This document shows, piece by piece, positions 12,906-24,119 of a DNA stretch of 64,000 nt. The DNA is taken from positions 240,252,001-240,316,000 of the forward strand of contig NC_086097.1 of assembly GCF_963921235.1 (NCBI RefSeq). Reading direction: 5' to 3'. Position 1 is the stretch's first letter. Each line of letters opens with the position of its first letter. This DNA comes from Mobula hypostoma (lineage: Eukaryota). The position numbers and the translations under genes are program-made. The notes below the pieces were generated by a model. That model saw only the letters and a program-made list of their open reading frames with translations, was not told the DNA's origin and did no database searches.

Positions 12906-13280
12906 TTTGTCCATGTGGAATGGAGAATGAGTCTGTCAATCTGGTGGGAATGCTGAGGGTGAAATGCCAGGGGTGTGGGACAGGTACCAGAGAAGTGCCA
13001 GGGGCAGGGGTCTGCACAGGTGCAAACACACTTAGCCCTGAGACACCAGCCAACATCATGTGATTCCAAACAATTGGTTTATTGATCATTACATAACGTC
13101 TCTCTGGTGCTTCCCGCTCCTTCCCATCTCCCTTTCCCTTTTCCCAAGCAGATTTCCCCCCTCCCTGCACCCTTCCTACTCTCAGTCCACAACAGAGACC
13201 CATATCAGAAACCACTCATATATGTCATGAAATTTGTATTTTTTTGTGGCAGCAGTACAGTACAATACATGAGATTACTA

Positions 13281-13347
13281 CAGTACTGTGGAAAAGTCTG
13301 AGGCACCCTAGCTCTGTATCTGTGCCCAAGACTTTTGCACAGAGCTG
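13281..13347. mobile_element. 67-bp Tc1/mariner-type mini-MITE
   Basis: TA|CAGTACTGTGGAAAAGTCTGAGGCAC...GTGCCCAAGACTTTTGCACAGAGCTG|TA; ~26-bp imperfect TIRs and TA TSD. Confidence 0.75.
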
Positions 13348-13489
13348 TAACTATTGAACTGAGTATAGCCATATTTAGTCTCTATTTTAATGCCATTGAA
13401 GCTGCAAGGACTTTATCAAATATTTATATTATTCATAACACATCGAGGAATCTACGGAATAATATGCTGGTGGTGAGGATTATCGACAG

Positions 13490-14010
13490 TATAATCAGTT
13501 GTGGGAAAGTTATTGGGAGGTATTCTAAGGGACTGGATGTATGATTATTTGGTTAGATATGGATTGATTAAGGATATTCAGCAGGTTTTGTGGGTGGTAG
13601 CTCATGTACAACCAGTCTTATTGAGTTTTTTGAAGAAGGTACCAGGAAAGCTGATGAAGGCAAAGCAGTGGATGTTGTCTACCTGGACTTTAGCAATGCA
13701 TTTGGCAAGGTTTTACATGAGAGGTTGGTCAAGAAGGTTCACTCGCCTGGCATTCCAGTTGAGGTAGTAAATTGGCTTGTGGGAGAAGCCAGAGAGTGGT
13801 AGTAGAGGGTTGCCTCACTGACTGGAGGCCCGTGATTAGTGCTATGCCACTGGGATTGGTGCTGGATCTGTTGTTCTTTGTTATCTATATCAACACACTG
13901 GATGATAATGTGCTTAACTGGACCAGCAAATTTGCATATGATACCAAAATTGGGGGTGTAGTGGTCAACGAGGAAGGCTATCATGGCTTGTAATGGGATC
14001 TGGACCAGCT
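13490..14010 (+). mobile_element. CR1 RT fragment
   Basis: SCTTSLIEFFE, VDVVYLDFSNAF, KFAYDTKIGG. Confidence 0.85.
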
Positions 14011-14626
14011 CAAAGGTGGGAAGGACTTTATCTGTGATGGACTGGGCTGTAGCCATTACGTATCTACGCTGTTTTATTTGGCTGAACTCATGGTTATTCT
14101 TGTATGGTTGAATTGTCATGAATACAGCCAAACAAAACAGTGCTTTTCCAGGGCCAAGGTCCAAAACAGCCATACACCGCACAAACAACATATAGCACAT
14201 ATTTGATAGGAAGCACATATAAGATAAGAAGCACAAGTAAGTTAGTAGTAACTACAGTTACAAAAAGAATATCGTCCTAGTTGTAGTCCCTGAGACCATG
14301 AATGTTGCAGCAGTCTGCAGTCCAACATAATACAGCATGTCTTCTGCCAAACGAACTCCAGTGTGGATGCTGTGCCACACCAACTGTAGGAGGAATCCCA
14401 CTCATTCCATGAGGAAGGTGTATTGAGACTCCTTACTAAATGGCACTGGAATTGATCTCCAAACTCTGGAATGCTCCTAGCTTTTATGGCATCACAATAA
14501 CAGCTACACTACCGTGGTGGTCATTTCTATGAGTAACATAAATTTTATATATGACTAATTCTCCATTGTGCCTAATAGCTATGAAGCTGGCTAGACTATC
14601 TATTTGTAGGATCTTGCAGCATAGGT

Positions 14627-15273
14627 GGGAGGAGAAGATGGCGGCGCGACGCAGCTCGCAGCGGCCACTCCGGTGATGATGTCTGTTATCTGTCAAGGAG
14701 GGTGCCGTGCATAATCCTGATTTGATGGAGACAGACGTGAGAGTACGGAGGAACATCTGTGAAACATCTGAAATGCCTGTTTCGCTGCTGCTGTTACTGT
14801 GTGATCCAGAATCTCCGGAGGGGAAGGCCCCGAGTCCTCGGCTTTGCTTGTTGCTTGGCGGCCGGGGCAGGGTTGAAGCGCTTGGCAGAGATGATGCTCA
14901 GTGCTTGGTGTCTGAGGGCTGGTTGGAGGCTCGAAGTTTTCGGACGGACTCAGAGTCAGCTGCGGTCGGGTGCTTCCAATGCATCGGCAAGTTTGCGGCC
15001 CTTGGAACTCATGACAGGACAAGTTTCTCCCTTCTACCATCTATCGGGACTTGAGACTTTTTTTTTACTGTCCCCATGGTCTGCTCCTGATCAAATTAAA
15101 GTATTGCTTTGCACTGTTGTAACTATATGTTATATGGTTTTGTCAGATTTAGCCTTGGTTTGTTCTGTGTTTCTATGATATCTTTCTGGAGGAACATTGT
15201 ATCATTTTTAATGCATGTATTTCTAAATGACAATAAACGAGGACTGAGCGTCCCCATAATCTAATCTAATCTA
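14627..15273 (+). mobile_element. Non-autonomous retroelement family A (AAGATGGCG head, GACAATAAA...(ATCTA)n tail)
   Basis: Second copy at 28945-29610 and a tail-only copy at 39412-39495; CpG-rich 5' half. Confidence 0.75.
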
Positions 15274-15511
15274 TTAACAACATTTCAATTCTGAAAAAAA
15301 TTGTACAAGAAGATAAGAGACGTAGTTCGACTGGACAGCCAGAGATGTTTGCCCAGAGTGCAAATTTTAAGATGATTGGAGGAAAGTGTAGAGGAGACGT
15401 CAGACATAAGTTCTACACACAGAGAATGGTGGGCACTTGGAAAGCCCTGCCAGGGGTCGTGGTAGAGGCAGATATATTAGGGGCATTTAAGAAACTTACA
15501 TACAGTAGGCA

Positions 15512-15870
15512 CGGGGTGGCGGGGCAAAGATATGTCCCTACCAAAGGAGGTGTAAGGTGCTCCTTCCCTCTATTAACTTGCAGGTCACTGTAAGCGAGGT
15601 GTAGCACCGGATTAGCATCCCACCCCTACCCTGATATCAGGGACATGGGAAACCATGTGAGCAGGTGGTAGATGGTCGTATGAGCAGCTGGTGCATGTCA
15701 CAAGTCCTGATTATGTGACCATTGACACCAAACAGACAGTCACTGAAGTATTGATAATGGCTGGGTCACCTATCTTGTAAAGACACTGCCCAGAAAGCAT
15801 CAATGGCAAGCCATTTCTGTAGAAAGATTTGCCAAGAACAACACGACATACGGCATGGCACATAACGAAC
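15512..15870 (+). mobile_element. RTE-related non-autonomous element (~400-bp family)
   Basis: Five copies in the window; contains gcccagaag(aag)gcaatggcaaaccacttctg, resembling the RTE/Bov-A/Sauria-SINE motif. Confidence 0.7.
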
Positions 15871-16644
15871 TAACAAATATAGGCACACGGCTGGTAGAAA
15901 AATGGAAGATTCTGTAGGAGAAAAAGTTAGATAATTTATAGAGCAGATTAAAAGTCAGCTCAAAATCATAGGCAGGAAGGCTTGTACTGTGCTGTAATGA
16001 TCTATGTTCAATGTTTTAATCTTTGCCCTCTTGTTACTGTAGTTTAATAGATTTTAATACTTCGATTCAACATATTTGTGAGGTTAACTTCATCTATATT
16101 CATATCAGCCTCATCCGAATGCTTTGGAACTCACATTTCCAAGAACAATCTGTTCTTACACACTGCAATCATGCTTTTTCCTTGCATTGAACCAAATTAC
16201 TTAATATTTCTTGAGGTCACATCTATTAATGTCACAATTTTGTATGCAATATCAAATCTGAGATCTGTGTGTTTAGTAATCTCAGTTGAATTCACACATT
16301 GATTAAGCCATTTGTCACACTGCATGTGGTCCAAGAAGATGCCAGATTTGTTGTGTGGAAATGGGTTATTCAATGAGACTCACGGTCTCGACTGATTTCT
16401 GATTTCTGGGCTCAATATTTGTAACTCTCCACAATTTCTGACAGTTTAGGACTGAAATAATCCTGTAACATTTTGTACTGCTTCACAGAACAAAGTATTG
16501 CTTGATTCTTAATCCACTGAGGACCTTTTCAGTCACTGTATGTTCCACAACCCTGGATGACTTTCTTGTTCTCCTGTAGCTTTGTTGTATTTAGATACAT
16601 TCTCATCTTTCCTTCAATTTTCAATGCCATACTTGGTGTAAAGA

Positions 16645-17235
16645 AAATGTAGTGTCTAGCATCAATGCATTACAGTGCCAGCAACTGGAGTTCAACTCTT
16701 GCCATCTGTGAGGAGTTTGTACATTAAGACCATAACACAACAGGAGCAGAAACAGGCCATTCGGCCCGTCAAGTCTGATCTGCCATTCCATCATGGCTGA
16801 TTTATTATCCCTCTCAACCCATCCTCCACATAATCCTTAACACCCTTGCTAAACCAAGAACCTATCAACCTCTGCTTTAAATATATCTAATTACTTGGCC
16901 TCCACAGGTACCTGTAGGAGAGTTCCACAGATTCACCACCCTCTGGTTAAATAAATTCCTGCTCATCTCTGTTCTAAGATTTGACACCCTACCCCTGACC
17001 GTGTGCATTTCTCTGGGTAGTATAGTTTCCTCCCACATTCCAAAGATCTACAGGTTAGTTAAAGTTATTAAATTGCGAGCATGCTATGTTGGTGCAGGAA
17101 GCATGGCAGACACTTGCGGGCTGCCCCCAGCATATATCTGGACCGTGCTGGTCGTTGACACACACAATGCATTTTATTGTAAGTCTCGATGGTTTGATGT
17201 GCTGTGCACGTGATAAGTAAAAGTGATCTTATCTT
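16645..17235 (+). mobile_element. V-SINE interrupted by a minus-strand CR1 3' end (~16726-16978)
   Basis: ggagtttgtacatt|...|ccctgaccgtgtg...tttcctcccacattccaaaga; insert starts taagaccataa. Confidence 0.7.
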
Positions 17236-17315
17236 AAACTGGAAGGTTCTAGCACCTGATCACATCTAACAAGATTTCCAATACCAACAGCTGGAGTGTC
17301 AGTGATAATTGTTCC

Positions 17316-17853
17316 TCAGAATCAGGTTTATTATCACCGGCATGTGACATGAAATTTGTTAACTTAGCAGCAGCAGTTCAATGCAATACATAATACGGAA
17401 GAAAAAAACCAAAATGAGATAATAGTAATAATTAATAAGTAAGTAAATCAATTACAGTATATGTATATTGAATAGATTAATAATCGTGCAAACAGCAGAA
17501 ATAATATATATTAAAGAAGTGAGGTAGTGTCCAAAGGTTCAATGTCCATCTAGGAATCGGATAGCAGAGGGGAAGAAGCTGTTCCTGAATCGCTGAGTGT
17601 GTGCCTTCAGGCTTCTGTATCTCTTACCTGATGGTAACAGTGAGAAAAGGGCATGCCCTGGGTGCTGGAGGTCCTTAATAATGGACACTGCCTTTCTGAG
17701 ACACCACTCCTTGAAGATGTCCTGGGTACTTTGTAGGCTAGTAGCCAAGATGGAACTGACTAGACTTCCAACCTTCTGCAGCTTCTTTTGGTCCTATGCA
17801 GTAGCCACACCCCCCACCCCCCACAAAACAGTGATGCAGCCTGTCAGAATGCT
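17316..17853 (-). mobile_element. Rex1/Babar 3' end
   Basis: IIKDLQHPGHALFSLLPSGKRYRSLKAHTQRFRNSFFP. Confidence 0.9.
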
Positions 17854-18049
17854 GTTCCTGATAGTCCAAGCACACATTTCTGCTTGAGGACTACCTCGGA
17901 AGGCACAATGGTATGGCAGTGCTGATAACTCACAGCTCCCATAACCTTACTTTGGTCCCGACCTGATTTGCTGCCCGTGTGGTTTACATGTTCTCCCCAT
18001 GATGACAGGGGCTTGCTCTTGCCGCAGCAATCTTCTCTAAGGATCAGAG

Positions 18050-18510
18050 GACCATAAGACATAGGAGCAGAATTAGACCATTTAGCCCATCAAACCTGCT
18101 CCACTTCCCTCTCAACTCCATTCTCCTGCCTTCTTCACACAACCTTTTGCACCTTGACTAATAAAGAAGCTAACAACCGCCACCAAAAATATCCCTAAAG
18201 ACCAGGCCTCCACAGCTGCCTGTCGCAATGAGTTCCACAGATTCACCACTCTCTGGCTAAAGAAGTTCCCCCTTATCTCCATTCTTAATGGACATCCCTC
18301 TATTGTGAGGCTGTGCCCTCTGGTCCTGGACTCCCCCATCATAGGAAGCATCCTCTCCATATCCATTCTATCAAGGCCTTTCAACACTCTCTATTTTAAT
18401 GAGATCGCCCCCCGCACCCTCCTAAATTCCAGTGATTAAAGACCCAGAACCATCTATTACTCCTCATACAATTAGCCTTTCATTCTCAGAACATCTCCAG
18501 TGTCAGCATA
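18050..18510 (-). mobile_element. CR1 3' fragment
   Basis: ORF 18112-18387 ESRTRGHSL...FFSQRVVNLWNSL. Confidence 0.85.
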
Positions 18511-19339
18511 TCCTTTGTTAAATGAACTTCTCAGCTGCCCAGCACAGGTGTATATACCATCATACCTGAAAATCACACATTTACACAGATCTCTGGGGTC
18601 ATTGCCAGAAAAGCTGCAATCTCAGGTCCATAATAACTGTTTGTTTTTTTTTTCTTGAAGGGATGTAGGCTCTTGCTAAACATAAACCTGTATCTCGGAA
18701 TGCTGGGCGAATTCTGGAAATCTGGCCACATTCAGAGCACACTTTTGTTGGTGTATCAAAGGATTTGGGGTTATTTTGGGGAAGGACAAAAAAAAAGCAA
18801 GTAGCAACTGGAAAAGTCCATTCTTCTCATTGAGGTTGCTTGGTTATTCATACTGTAAACATCATATTAGATCTCCTACCTCCACGCCACTGTCCAGCCT
18901 TATCCTCATATCCATCCATCTTTGTTAAATATCCAGAAATCAATTAAACACAGTTTAAATGAAATCATTGATAGAGCCTCCACAACCCTCATTGATGGAG
19001 AATTCCAAGGATTCACTTCCCTCGGCATGAAACATTTCTTCTCATTTCAGTCTCAAATCGCCTCCCCCTTATCTCTGATTCAAGACTCCTCAGTCAAGGT
19101 AAATATTAAATTCTGCTGTATTTCTTTTTTCCCTGAAAATGTCTGCAAGAAAATGAATCTCAACATAGAATATGGTGACATATACTATGCATACTTCAAT
19201 AATAAATATAATTTGAACTTTGAACTTAAAACCCCATTGAGCCCAAATGTAGACCTGTGTAGGACTGTAGTCCAGTGTAGTTTTTGTGTTGTCTCACTTA
19301 ATCTAGTGTAGTTTTGTGTTGTTTCATGTTGTTTCATTG

Positions 19340-19582
19340 CGAAGAAATTTTTTAGCCAGAGGGTGGTGAATCTATGGAATTTGTTGCCACGGGCAGCAGT
19401 GGAGGCCAAGCCATTGAGTGTATTTAAGGCAGAGGTATCTGAGTAGCAAGGGCATCAAAGGTTATGGTGAGAAGGCGGGGAGTGGGACTAAATGGGAGAA
19501 TGGATCAGCTCATGATAAAATGGCGGAGCAGACTCGATGGGCCGAATGGCCGACTTCTGCTCCTTTGTCTTAAGGTCTTATG
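19340..19582 (+). mobile_element. CR1 3' end
   Basis: ttttagccagagggtggtgaatctatgg...gggccgaatggcc; very similar to 61053-61300. Confidence 0.85.
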
Positions 19583-20407
19583 GTAGCACCATAGTCCTGG
19601 AGGAACGTTGTTTCGTTTTACTGTGTACTGTACCAGCAGTTTATGGTTGAAAAGACAATAAAAGGCGACTTGACGACTTGACTTGAAAAAAGGATTTGAT
19701 ATGCATCAGTAAGCCACCTTTCATTTTCCTAAACATGTTCTCTACTGAGACTGTGGCTTGAAGTAAATGGGCTCCTGAATTGGCTGGCAGCTGGCTTTGT
19801 GTCTGTAGACTCACTTTTGTGAACTTCAGCTCTGAATGTTCTTTGCGGTTTTATTGTTTTATTGTTTGCACAATTTGTTTTATTTCTTTCTGCACATTGG
19901 GTGCTTGATGGTCTTTTTTAAAATCAATTTTATTGGGTTTCTTCGTTTCATGGCTGCCTGTAAGGAGACGAATCTCAAGGTTGTATATAGTATACATACT
20001 TCGATAATAAATGCACTTCGAGCTTTGTTCAACTTCAGTGCTATTTCCTCATTTTACAGGCCAGCCATCCCTGGAACCAGTCTGGTAAATCTTTCTGATG
20101 TTCCCGCATTTAATCCTGTTTTAGATAAGGAAACCAGAATTATTCACAATCCATTTGTACCAAGGGTTGGTACTTGCTTCCTTTTGCTGTAAAACCCAAC
20201 AAATTACATGCCTTATTAATTGCCTATTGAGTCCATATACTAGCAACTTGTGTACAAGGCAGTCATGAATTTGGCCAGCCATTCCCTCATCATTATAAAA
20301 GCACTTAGTTTTTCTGTTTTTCTACTGAATTGGCTGACATTTATCACATTATACTCCATCTGTAATGTTATTTCTGGTTACTCAGTTTGTCCTTATCTTC
20401 CTGAAGG

Positions 20408-20813
20408 ATGGGGGATGGAGATTTCTCTACCAAAGGAGGTGTGAGGCACCCCTTCCTTCCATTAGCCTGCAGGTCACCCGTTGGGCAAGGAGCAGCACAT
20501 GTGTTTAGCCGTGCAACCCCCCCCCACCCCCGCCCATCTGGGTCACGTGAAGCCATGGAAGCAGGTGGTGGATGGTCGTATGAGCAGCTGGTGCATATTA
20601 CAAGTCCTGGTTATGTGACTTCTGACACAGGGAAGACCGTCTCTGAAGGGTATTGATAATGGCTGAGATCACCCGTCTCGTAAAGACACTGCCCAGGAGA
20701 AGGCAGTGGCACACCACTTCTGTAGAACAATTTGTCATGAACAGTCATGGTCGTGGACAAGATTATGATTGCCCACAACATACGACACAGCACATAATGA
20801 TTACGATGATGAT
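20408..20813 (+). mobile_element. RTE-related non-autonomous element
   Basis: Same family as 15512; ends acgacacagcacataatgattacgatgatgat. Confidence 0.75.
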
Positions 20814-20984
20814 AATATCTTCCTGGAACCTGTTAGCATCACTTCTCCTAACCCTTTTACACTTTGTATCCTCAGTAAACTTAGAGATGTTATGCTTGAC
20901 AACCTGTCAAATGGCTGATATAATTTTGAGTAGCTGGGATCCAAGAAGAAAAATGACTGCAGCCATCCCATGTGTCACATCCGA

Positions 20985-21250
20985 AGCATAATGGTTAGTG
21001 TAATGCTTTACAGTGTGAGCAATGTTTGTACATTTTCCCCGTGGCCGTGTGGGTTTCCTCTGTGTGCTCTGGTTTCCTCCTACATTCTGAAGATGTACTA
21101 GATAGGGGTAGTAAGTGGTGGGCATGCTATGTTTGCACCAGAATCATGGTGACACTCGTAGGCTGCCCCAATACTGCTTGTATTGATGTAAACAACGCAT
21201 TTCACTGTATGTTCCAATTAAAGCTTATCTTTATCTTTATCTTTATCTTT
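20985..21250 (+). mobile_element. V-SINE with (ATCTTT)n tail
   Basis: V-core ccccgtggccgtgtgggtttcctctgtgtgctctggtttcctcc. Confidence 0.75.
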
Positions 21251-21477
21251 ACATCCTGCAAACTGAAGAAGACTCCATTTATTCCTTCTCTTTGTTTTCT
21301 ATCAAGCACTAAGGTACTAATGAGACTGATAGGTTTAAATGCCTGGTATCAGTCTATACATCTGGGGTTAATTGGTAATTACCGTGATTTAGTGCCTGGC
21401 ACAGGCAAAGCAAAAGCTGTGTGTTCAGCAGTGAGAAGCCAGAGGAATCATGTTCTCTGAAGAAATATTTGTAGCCA

Positions 21478-21516
<39 letters not shown>

Positions 21517-21544
21517 GAAGCACACACATCCACATTATTGGATT

Positions 21545-21790
21545 TTTTTTAATTGACATGCAGCTTGGAGTCCGCCCTTGAGCTGACAGCTCAGCAATCC
21601 CCCCAATTTAATCACAGGACAATTTATAATGACTAATTCACCTATCAGCCAGTATGTGTTTGCACTGTGGGAGGAAATTGGAGCACGCGGAAGAAATCCA
21701 TGCGGTCACGGGGGAGAACTCACAGTCTCTCTACAGGCAGTGGCGGGAATTGAACCTGGGTCGCTGGTACTGTAAAGCGTTGTACCATCC
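21545..21790 (-). mobile_element. V-SINE
   Basis: Reverse-complement V-core gtgggaggaaattggagcac...ggggagaac and B-box ggaattgaacc. Confidence 0.75.
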
Positions 21791-21842
21791 ATGCTTGAAT
21801 ATGCGAGCACTTCACAACACGTACACACAAGCAGAAACCTGC

Positions 21843-21849
21843 ACACACA

Positions 21850-21896
<47 letters not shown>
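21843..21896. repeat. (CA)n microsatellite
   Basis: Direct reading; other (CA)/(GT) tracts at ~21486-21512, 50916-50957 and 55731-55791. Confidence 0.95.
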
Positions 21897-21898
<2 letters not shown>

Positions 21899-22001
21899 CT
21901 ACTGAACATTTGGAGTGCACTGCCTGACAAAACAACCACCAGGACCATGAGACAAGTTGTGCAGGAGCACCGCTGGAGGAGGGACAAATGGCAGATGGCA
22001 A

Positions 22002-22704
22002 ATGGCCTTCTATATATCGGCAAGACCCGACGCAGACTGGGAGATCTTTTCGCTGAACACCTACGCTCTGTCCGCCAGAGGAAGCAGGATCTCCCAGTGG
22101 CCACACATTTTAATTCCACGTCCCATTCCCATTCTGATATGTCTATCCACGGCCTCCTGTACTGTAAAGATGAAGCCACACTCAGGTTGTAGGAACAACA
22201 GCTTATATTCCGTCTGGGTAGCCTCCAACCTGATGGCATGAACGTTGACTTCTCTAACTTCCGCTAATGCCCCACCTCCCTCTCGTACCCCATCCGTTAT
22301 TTATTTATATACACATATTCTCTCTCTCTCTTTCCTTTTTCTCCCTCTGTCCCTCTGACTATACCCCTTGCCCATCCTCTGGGTTTTTTTCCTTTCTCCC
22401 CCTTTTCCTTCTCCCTAGGCCTCCTGTCCCATGATCCTCTCATATCCTCTTTGCCAATCACCTGTCCAGCTCTTGGCTCCATCCCTCCCCCTCCTGTCTT
22501 CTCCTATCATTTTGGATGTCCCCCTCCCCCTCCCACTTTCAAATCTCTTACTAGCTCTTCCTTCAGTTAGTTCTGACGAAGGGTCTCGGCCTGAAACATC
22601 GACTGTACCTCTTCCTAGAGATGCTGCCTGACCTGCTGCGTTCACCAGCAACTTTGATGTGTGTTGCTTGAATTTCCAGCATCTGCAGAATTCCTCGTGT
22701 TTGT
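22002..22704 (+). mobile_element. 5'-truncated Penelope-like element: GIY-YIG endonuclease C-terminus, pyrimidine-rich 3' UTR, hammerhead, tail
   Basis: GLLYIGKTRRRLGDLFAEHLRSV...PVATHFN...H...LRL*EQQLIFRLGSLQPDGMNVDF* (one internal stop). Confidence 0.9.
22568..22605 (+). ncRNA. Type I minimal hammerhead ribozyme motif (helix III CG changed to CA)
   Basis: TAGTT-CTGACGA-AGG GTCTCGG CCT-GAAA-CA-TC/GACTG. Confidence 0.65.
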
Positions 22705-22982
22705 GATGAACAATGGCCTGTTTTACAGTGGGAATGGTACAACTGATGTGAAAGAGATGGGAAGATATCAACAAGGAGCCCTTAACCTAGAATACCACCA
22801 TCAGCACATGCACCAAAAGAGTAAGAAATGGGATAAGTGGTCAGTGAGATCCCATCCTGCTGTAAGTTTCTCAACAACTATACCTTCATCACTAGCCACA
22901 AACTGTACATCAATATTCAAACAACATACATCAAAGTTGCTGGTGAACGCAGCAGGCCAAGCAGCATCTATAGGAAGAGGCG

Positions 22983-23020
22983 CAGTCGACGTTTCAGGCC
23001 GAGACCCTTCGTCAGGACTA
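22983..23020 (-). ncRNA. Type I minimal hammerhead ribozyme, intact core
   Basis: Reverse complement reads TAGTC-CTGACGA-AGGGTCTCGGCCT-GAAA-CG-TC/GACTG. Confidence 0.8.
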
Positions 23021-23820
23021 ACTGAAGGAAGAGTGAGTAAGGGATTTGAAAGCTGGAGGGGGAGGGGGGAGATGCAAAATGATAGGAGAAGACAGGAGGG
23101 GGAGGGATAGAGCTGAGAGCTGGACAAGTGATAGGCAAAAGGGGATACGAGAGGATCATGGGACAGGAGGTCCGGGAAAAAAGACAAGGAGCGGGGGGTG
23201 ACCCAGAGGATGGGCAAGAGGTATATTCAGAGGGACAGAGGGAGAAAAAGGAGAGTGAGAGAAAGAATGTGTGCATAAAAATGAGTAACAGATGGGGTAC
23301 GAGGGGGAGGTGGGGCCTTAGCGGAAGTTAGAGAAGTCAATGTTCATGCCATCAGGTTGGAGGCTACCCAGACGGAATATAAGGTGTTGTTCCTCCAACC
23401 TGAGTGTGGCTTCATCTTTACGGTAGAGTACATCCAACCTGATGGCATGAAAACAACACCTTATATTCCGTCTGGGTAGCCTCCAACCTGATGGCATGAA
23501 CATCGACTTCTCTAACTTCCGCTAAGGCCCCACCTTCCCCTCGTACCCCATCTGTTACTCATTTTTATGCACACATTCTTTCTCTCACTCTCCTTTTTCT
23601 CCCTCTGTCCCTCTGAATATACCTCTTGCCCATCCTCTGGGTCACCCCCCCCCCTTGTCTTTCTTCCCGGACCTCCTGTCCCATGATCCTCTCGTATCCC
23701 CTTTTGCCTATCACCTGTCCAGCTCTCGGCTCTATCCCTCCCCCTCCTGTCTTCTCCTATCATTTTGCATCTCCCCCTCCCCCTCCAGCTTTCAAATCCC
23801 TTACTCACTCTTCCTTCAGT

Positions 23821-23858
23821 TAGTCCTGACGAAGGGTCTCGGCCTGAAACGTCGACTG
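23821..23858 (+). ncRNA. Type I minimal hammerhead ribozyme, intact core; predicted cleavage after 23853
   Basis: Helix I AGTC/GACT, CUGACGA 23826-23832, helix II AGG/CCT, GAAA 23846-23849, palindromic ACGU helix III, GUC triplet. Confidence 0.8.
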
Positions 23859-24119
23859 CGCCTCTTCCTATAGATGCTGCTTGGCCTGCTGCGTTCACCA
23901 GCAACTTTGATGTATGTTGCTTGAATTTCCAGCATCTGCAGAATTCCTGTTGTTTGCATCAATATTCAAACACTACATTCCACAACACACTTTGTAGGCA
24001 GTATTCACATCTCAGAGAAAGCTCAGAGCCCTGTAAGCAAGCAGGATAATCACACAGAAGCAGAATGGACAATACAATCGCTCAAACTTTCTATATTTTC
24101 CCTTCAAAGATAAGGAAGT

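Larger units (their letters stand above)
22924..23956. mobile_element. Penelope-like insertion with ~470-bp inverted arms (palindrome)
   Basis: Arms ~22922-23391 (-) and 23452-23919 (+); flanking direct repeat CATCAATATTCAAACA at 22908-22923 and 23957-23972. Confidence 0.9.

Noticed and set aside
20640..20680. CTGAAG(G/A)G in the RTE-related family as another hammerhead
   Set aside because: No helix II-GAAA-NUH arrangement follows
21654..22239. ORFs with HTHT/CVCV runs
   Set aside because: Translation of a (CA)n microsatellite
21994..22719. TSD for the Penelope copy 22002-22704 (GATGGCAAATGGCCT vs GATGAACAATGGCCT)
   Set aside because: Only 12/15 identity and overlaps element sequence; not asserted
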